From a virus (taxonomy: Duplodnaviria; Caudoviricetes): 64,000 bases of DNA. This document shows, in pieces, positions 61,522-64,000 of the stretch. Numbering within the stretch: position 1 is the first letter of the stretch; the number at the start of each line of letters is the position of its first letter. The notes beneath the pieces were generated by a model. The model made no database searches and was not told the origin of the DNA. It was given only the letters and a program-made list of their open reading frames with translations. Location of the stretch: positions 32,942-96,941 of the IMG/VR virus record IMGVR_UViG_3300017911_000967. The stretch is one strand, 5' to 3'. The position numbers and the translations under genes were made by a program.

Positions 61522-62177
61522 TGTACACGACAAAATTATATGAAATGTCTCCAGCAGACAATGTGTTGTATTTTCCGAATAATATCGACGTTAGGATATG
61601 TCCTAAAAATGGTATGTCTTCACTGAAAGAACTGCATAGATTAAATCGTGGAGTGGATGAATACATCGGTCGTGTTGAAAGACTAAACAAAGTACGGAAA
61701 TTTGGGGATCAGTTTGATATCCCTTTTCGGACGGGCAGTTATCGTATTGCGGTAAAAAGAGACCCCGTAGACCGTTTCAAGTCAGCTTGTGAATATATTG
61801 TTGCCAATCATGCTAGGTACATCAAAGATGGTCGTGGTGATGAGTTGCCCAGTTTAGATCAAGAGTTAGATCAAGTTTTAACTAATATTGAAAATGGTAA
61901 TCTCAAGAACAACCACTTCTATACTCAAACTTGGTATCTAGGTAATCCTAAACAATATGATATGGTTGTGCATATTGACGAACTGCATCAACTTATGATA
62001 TTCTTAAACGAGGCGGCTGAGTTGGGTTTGTCTGAAAGACAGATTAATATTCACGACAATAAAACGATGTTGAAGATGTACGGAGATGCGTTGACTAATA
62101 TACAGCGACAGCGTATCAAAAAGTTTTATCGTAAAGATTATGAGAACGGGTGGTGTAAAATTGAAGACAAAATCTAA
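61521..62177 (+). CDS. Sulfotransferase (Sulfotransfer_2-like)
   Basis: PKNGMSSLK (5'-PSB), RDPVDRFKSA (3'-PB), HFYTQ, FYRKDY. Confidence 0.75.
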   Translation: MYTTKLYEMSPADNVLYFPNNIDVRICPKNGMSSLKELHRLNRGVDEYIGRVERLNKVRKFGDQFDIPFRTGSYRIAVKRDPVDRFKSACEYIVANHARYIKDGRGDELPSLDQELDQVLTNIENGNLKNNHFYTQTWYLGNPKQYDMVVHIDELHQLMIFLNEAAELGLSERQINIHDNKTMLKMYGDALTNIQRQRIKKFYRKDYENGWCKIEDKI

Positions 62178-62556
62178 CATAGGACCGTTTGACTTTATAA
62201 ACAGTATTAATAATACTAAAGTCAATCTCATGGACCAAGACGAAGACCTTGAGACTAAATACAACTCGTTTCTAACAAATCGGTCGCTATCGTACTTTCC
62301 GGATACTGTGTTGATTAGTAACGAAATGAACAGGTTGCATCACTTAGATGCGAGACTTCAGTACGACTTTCTTATAAATATTGTAAGAAAAAAGAAACGT
62401 TTCTCGAAATGGGACAAACCCCAGAGTACAGATATCGAGTGTGTCAAAGAGTATTACGGATATAGTGATTCCAAAGCGAAGCAGATTATTGGACTCTTAA
62501 CCTCGGAACAAATACAAGAACTCAAAAATAAGGTTAACAAAGGTGGAAGAGAATAA
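62161..62556 (+). CDS. gp62: Clamp loader small subunit gp62
   Basis: PFDFINSIN..K, Y..FL.NRSLSYF.DTVL..NEMN, LQYDFL.N.VRKKKRFSKW, VKEYYGYS..KA. Confidence 0.95.
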   Translation: MKTKSNIGPFDFINSINNTKVNLMDQDEDLETKYNSFLTNRSLSYFPDTVLISNEMNRLHHLDARLQYDFLINIVRKKKRFSKWDKPQSTDIECVKEYYGYSDSKAKQIIGLLTSEQIQELKNKVNKGGRE

Positions 62557-62953
62557 TCTAGTTCAATGGAACTCAGACATGATGCTAGAAATTACCCTAG
62601 CAGAACCTGATGATTTTCTAAAAGTTAGAGAAACACTTACCCGTATAGGGGTTGCTTCACGTCGCGACAACACCCTATTTCAATCGTGCCATATCCTACA
62701 CAAACAGGGTAGGTACTTTATTGTCCATTTCAAGGAGTTATTTTTATTGGACGGTAAGAAGTCAAACTTAGAGACGACGGATATGGAACGTCGTAACACG
62801 ATCGCAACCCTTCTACAGGATTGGGGTCTAGTATCAATCGTAAACCCAGAAGTTGCACAAGATTGCGCTCCTATGCGTCAGATTAAAATTATCTCGTATA
62901 AGGAAAAGTCAAAGTGGAATCTGCAACCGAAGTACAACATCGGTAATAACTAA
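62543..62953 (+). CDS. regA: Translational repressor RegA
   Basis: PDDFLKVRETLTRIGVASR...LFQSCHILHKQGRYFIVHFKELF.LDGK. Confidence 0.97.
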   Translation: MEENNLVQWNSDMMLEITLAEPDDFLKVRETLTRIGVASRRDNTLFQSCHILHKQGRYFIVHFKELFLLDGKKSNLETTDMERRNTIATLLQDWGLVSIVNPEVAQDCAPMRQIKIISYKEKSKWNLQPKYNIGNN

Positions 62954-63495
62954 TGGCTAATGAATATTATGACATTTTTGAAGGTCGCGATGATTACATC
63001 CGCGACAAGGTGCCATTCGTAGGTCGACTCCCGTTTGATATGGAGTCGACTTATGGATGGAACGAGTTCATGGAAATGATGGACTCTCACCCAGATGAAC
63101 TATACGATCGCAACTCAGATAAGATGCGAATCGGTCTAAACTCCTTCCATAGTCGCGGTAGTGCACCAGACTTTGCGAAGAAAATCTATGAAGAAATGCA
63201 AGACGTATTTACGCTCCACGAGAACAAGATCACTAACATTGCGTTTAGTGGGTTCGGTCGTGCGAGTGGATCTTATCCTTGGCACAAGGATTCGATGGAC
63301 GTGTTCTTGGTTCAGGTTATCTCTACTGTGGGTCTCAAGGTAGAACACATAAACAACGAGGAACCTTTTGATTTCGAGCCAGGCATGTTTGTCTACCTAC
63401 CAAGGGGCACCCACCACCAAGTGTTTCCTAGGGTGTCACGCGTTTCTTTTTCGTTCGGTGTGGAGGGTGGTCCGGACCCATCTAAGTACTACTAA
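62953..63495 (+). CDS. JmjC/cupin-4-like 2OG oxygenase
   Basis: WHKDSMDVFLVQV (HxD..D), EPG..VYLPRGTHHQV, RVSFSF. Confidence 0.78.
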   Translation: MANEYYDIFEGRDDYIRDKVPFVGRLPFDMESTYGWNEFMEMMDSHPDELYDRNSDKMRIGLNSFHSRGSAPDFAKKIYEEMQDVFTLHENKITNIAFSGFGRASGSYPWHKDSMDVFLVQVISTVGLKVEHINNEEPFDFEPGMFVYLPRGTHHQVFPRVSRVSFSFGVEGGPDPSKYY

Positions 63496-63505
63496 GGAAA
63501 TTCTC

Positions 63506-63751
63506 ATGTCTGATAAAAATGTAGTTTCGTTATCAGAAGTCTTGAAAAGAAAACAGGATAAAGAGAAAGAACTTGAAATGTATCGAAGACATCTCACAAT
63601 GATAGAAGACCGTATGGCTTTCTTGGAGATGGATCGAAAAGTTACGACGGAAATCATTGAGATGATCGAAAACGATGCCGTCGTAGTCGTTGATGATTCT
63701 CTACCTATTATACGTATAGATGATGACGACTATGATGACCTAGATGATTGA
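63506..63751 (+). CDS. Small hypothetical protein
   Basis: AAGGA RBS; VVSLSEV..RK..KEKEL..Y coiled coil. Confidence 0.7.
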   Translation: MSDKNVVSLSEVLKRKQDKEKELEMYRRHLTMIEDRMAFLEMDRKVTTEIIEMIENDAVVVVDDSLPIIRIDDDDYDDLDD

Positions 63752-63872
63752 ATAGTGAAATATTCACACATCTAGTGTTACCTTTATACTCATAACGAGT
63801 ATATATACTTACGACCTGCCACATAAGTGGGGGTTATTTAAAAAAACTTGCTTAAACTAAGGAGTTAGCAAC

Positions 63873-64000
63873 ATGACATTAACAGCAAAACAACTGTTCC
63901 CACGTTCAGCATTCGTCGGATTTGATACTATGATCGAAGAATTAGATAGAGTCGCACGACACTCGGGTGATACGTACCCCCCGCATACTATTCTAAAGAC
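63873..64000 (+). CDS. hsp20: Small heat-shock protein Hsp20/IbpA (5' partial, runs off the window)
   Basis: AAGGAG RBS; MTLTAKQLFPRSAFVGFD.....L....YPPH.I; usual position after regA. Confidence 0.85.
   Translation, partial: MTLTAKQLFPRSAFVGFDTMIEELDRVARHSGDTYPPHTILK

Noticed and set aside
62373-62380. TATAAATA inside gp62
   Set aside because: It falls within coding sequence in an AT-rich stretch; it could drive late regA expression but nothing else supports it

Overview
A 64-kb, entirely + strand segment of a T4-like myophage genome with the marine (cyanophage/pelagiphage-type) gene order. It carries the baseplate genes (gp25, gp6, gp7-like, gp8, VrlC/DUF4815-like), then an unusually rich set of giant fibre genes, the neck/tail/packaging/head block (gp13-gp23, gp3), and the recombination/replication block (uvsY, uvsW, gp55, gp47, gp46, gp45, gp44, gp62, regA, partial hsp20). 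T4 late promoters (TATAAATA) precede the structural genes and consensus sigma70 promoters precede the replication genes. Accessory genes include an alternative oxidase, tRNA-Thr(UGU), a degenerate tRNA-Gly-like RNA, two glycosyltransferases, a sulfotransferase and four 2OG/cupin oxygenases. The standout feature is the 1602-aa protein at 22611-27419. Its two ~604-residue tetrapeptide-repeat arms are 'reverse-complementary' at the protein level: they have equal length, mirror-placed register shifts and consistent unit-pairing rules around a ~100-aa tip domain. This predicts a single-chain antiparallel beta-hairpin fibre ~200 nm long, encoded next to a candidate chaperone, a glycosyltransferase and an oxygenase. 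A ~389-triplet collagen fibre has its own adjacent oxygenase + glycosyltransferase pair. All family assignments come from motif recognition by eye, not database searches.
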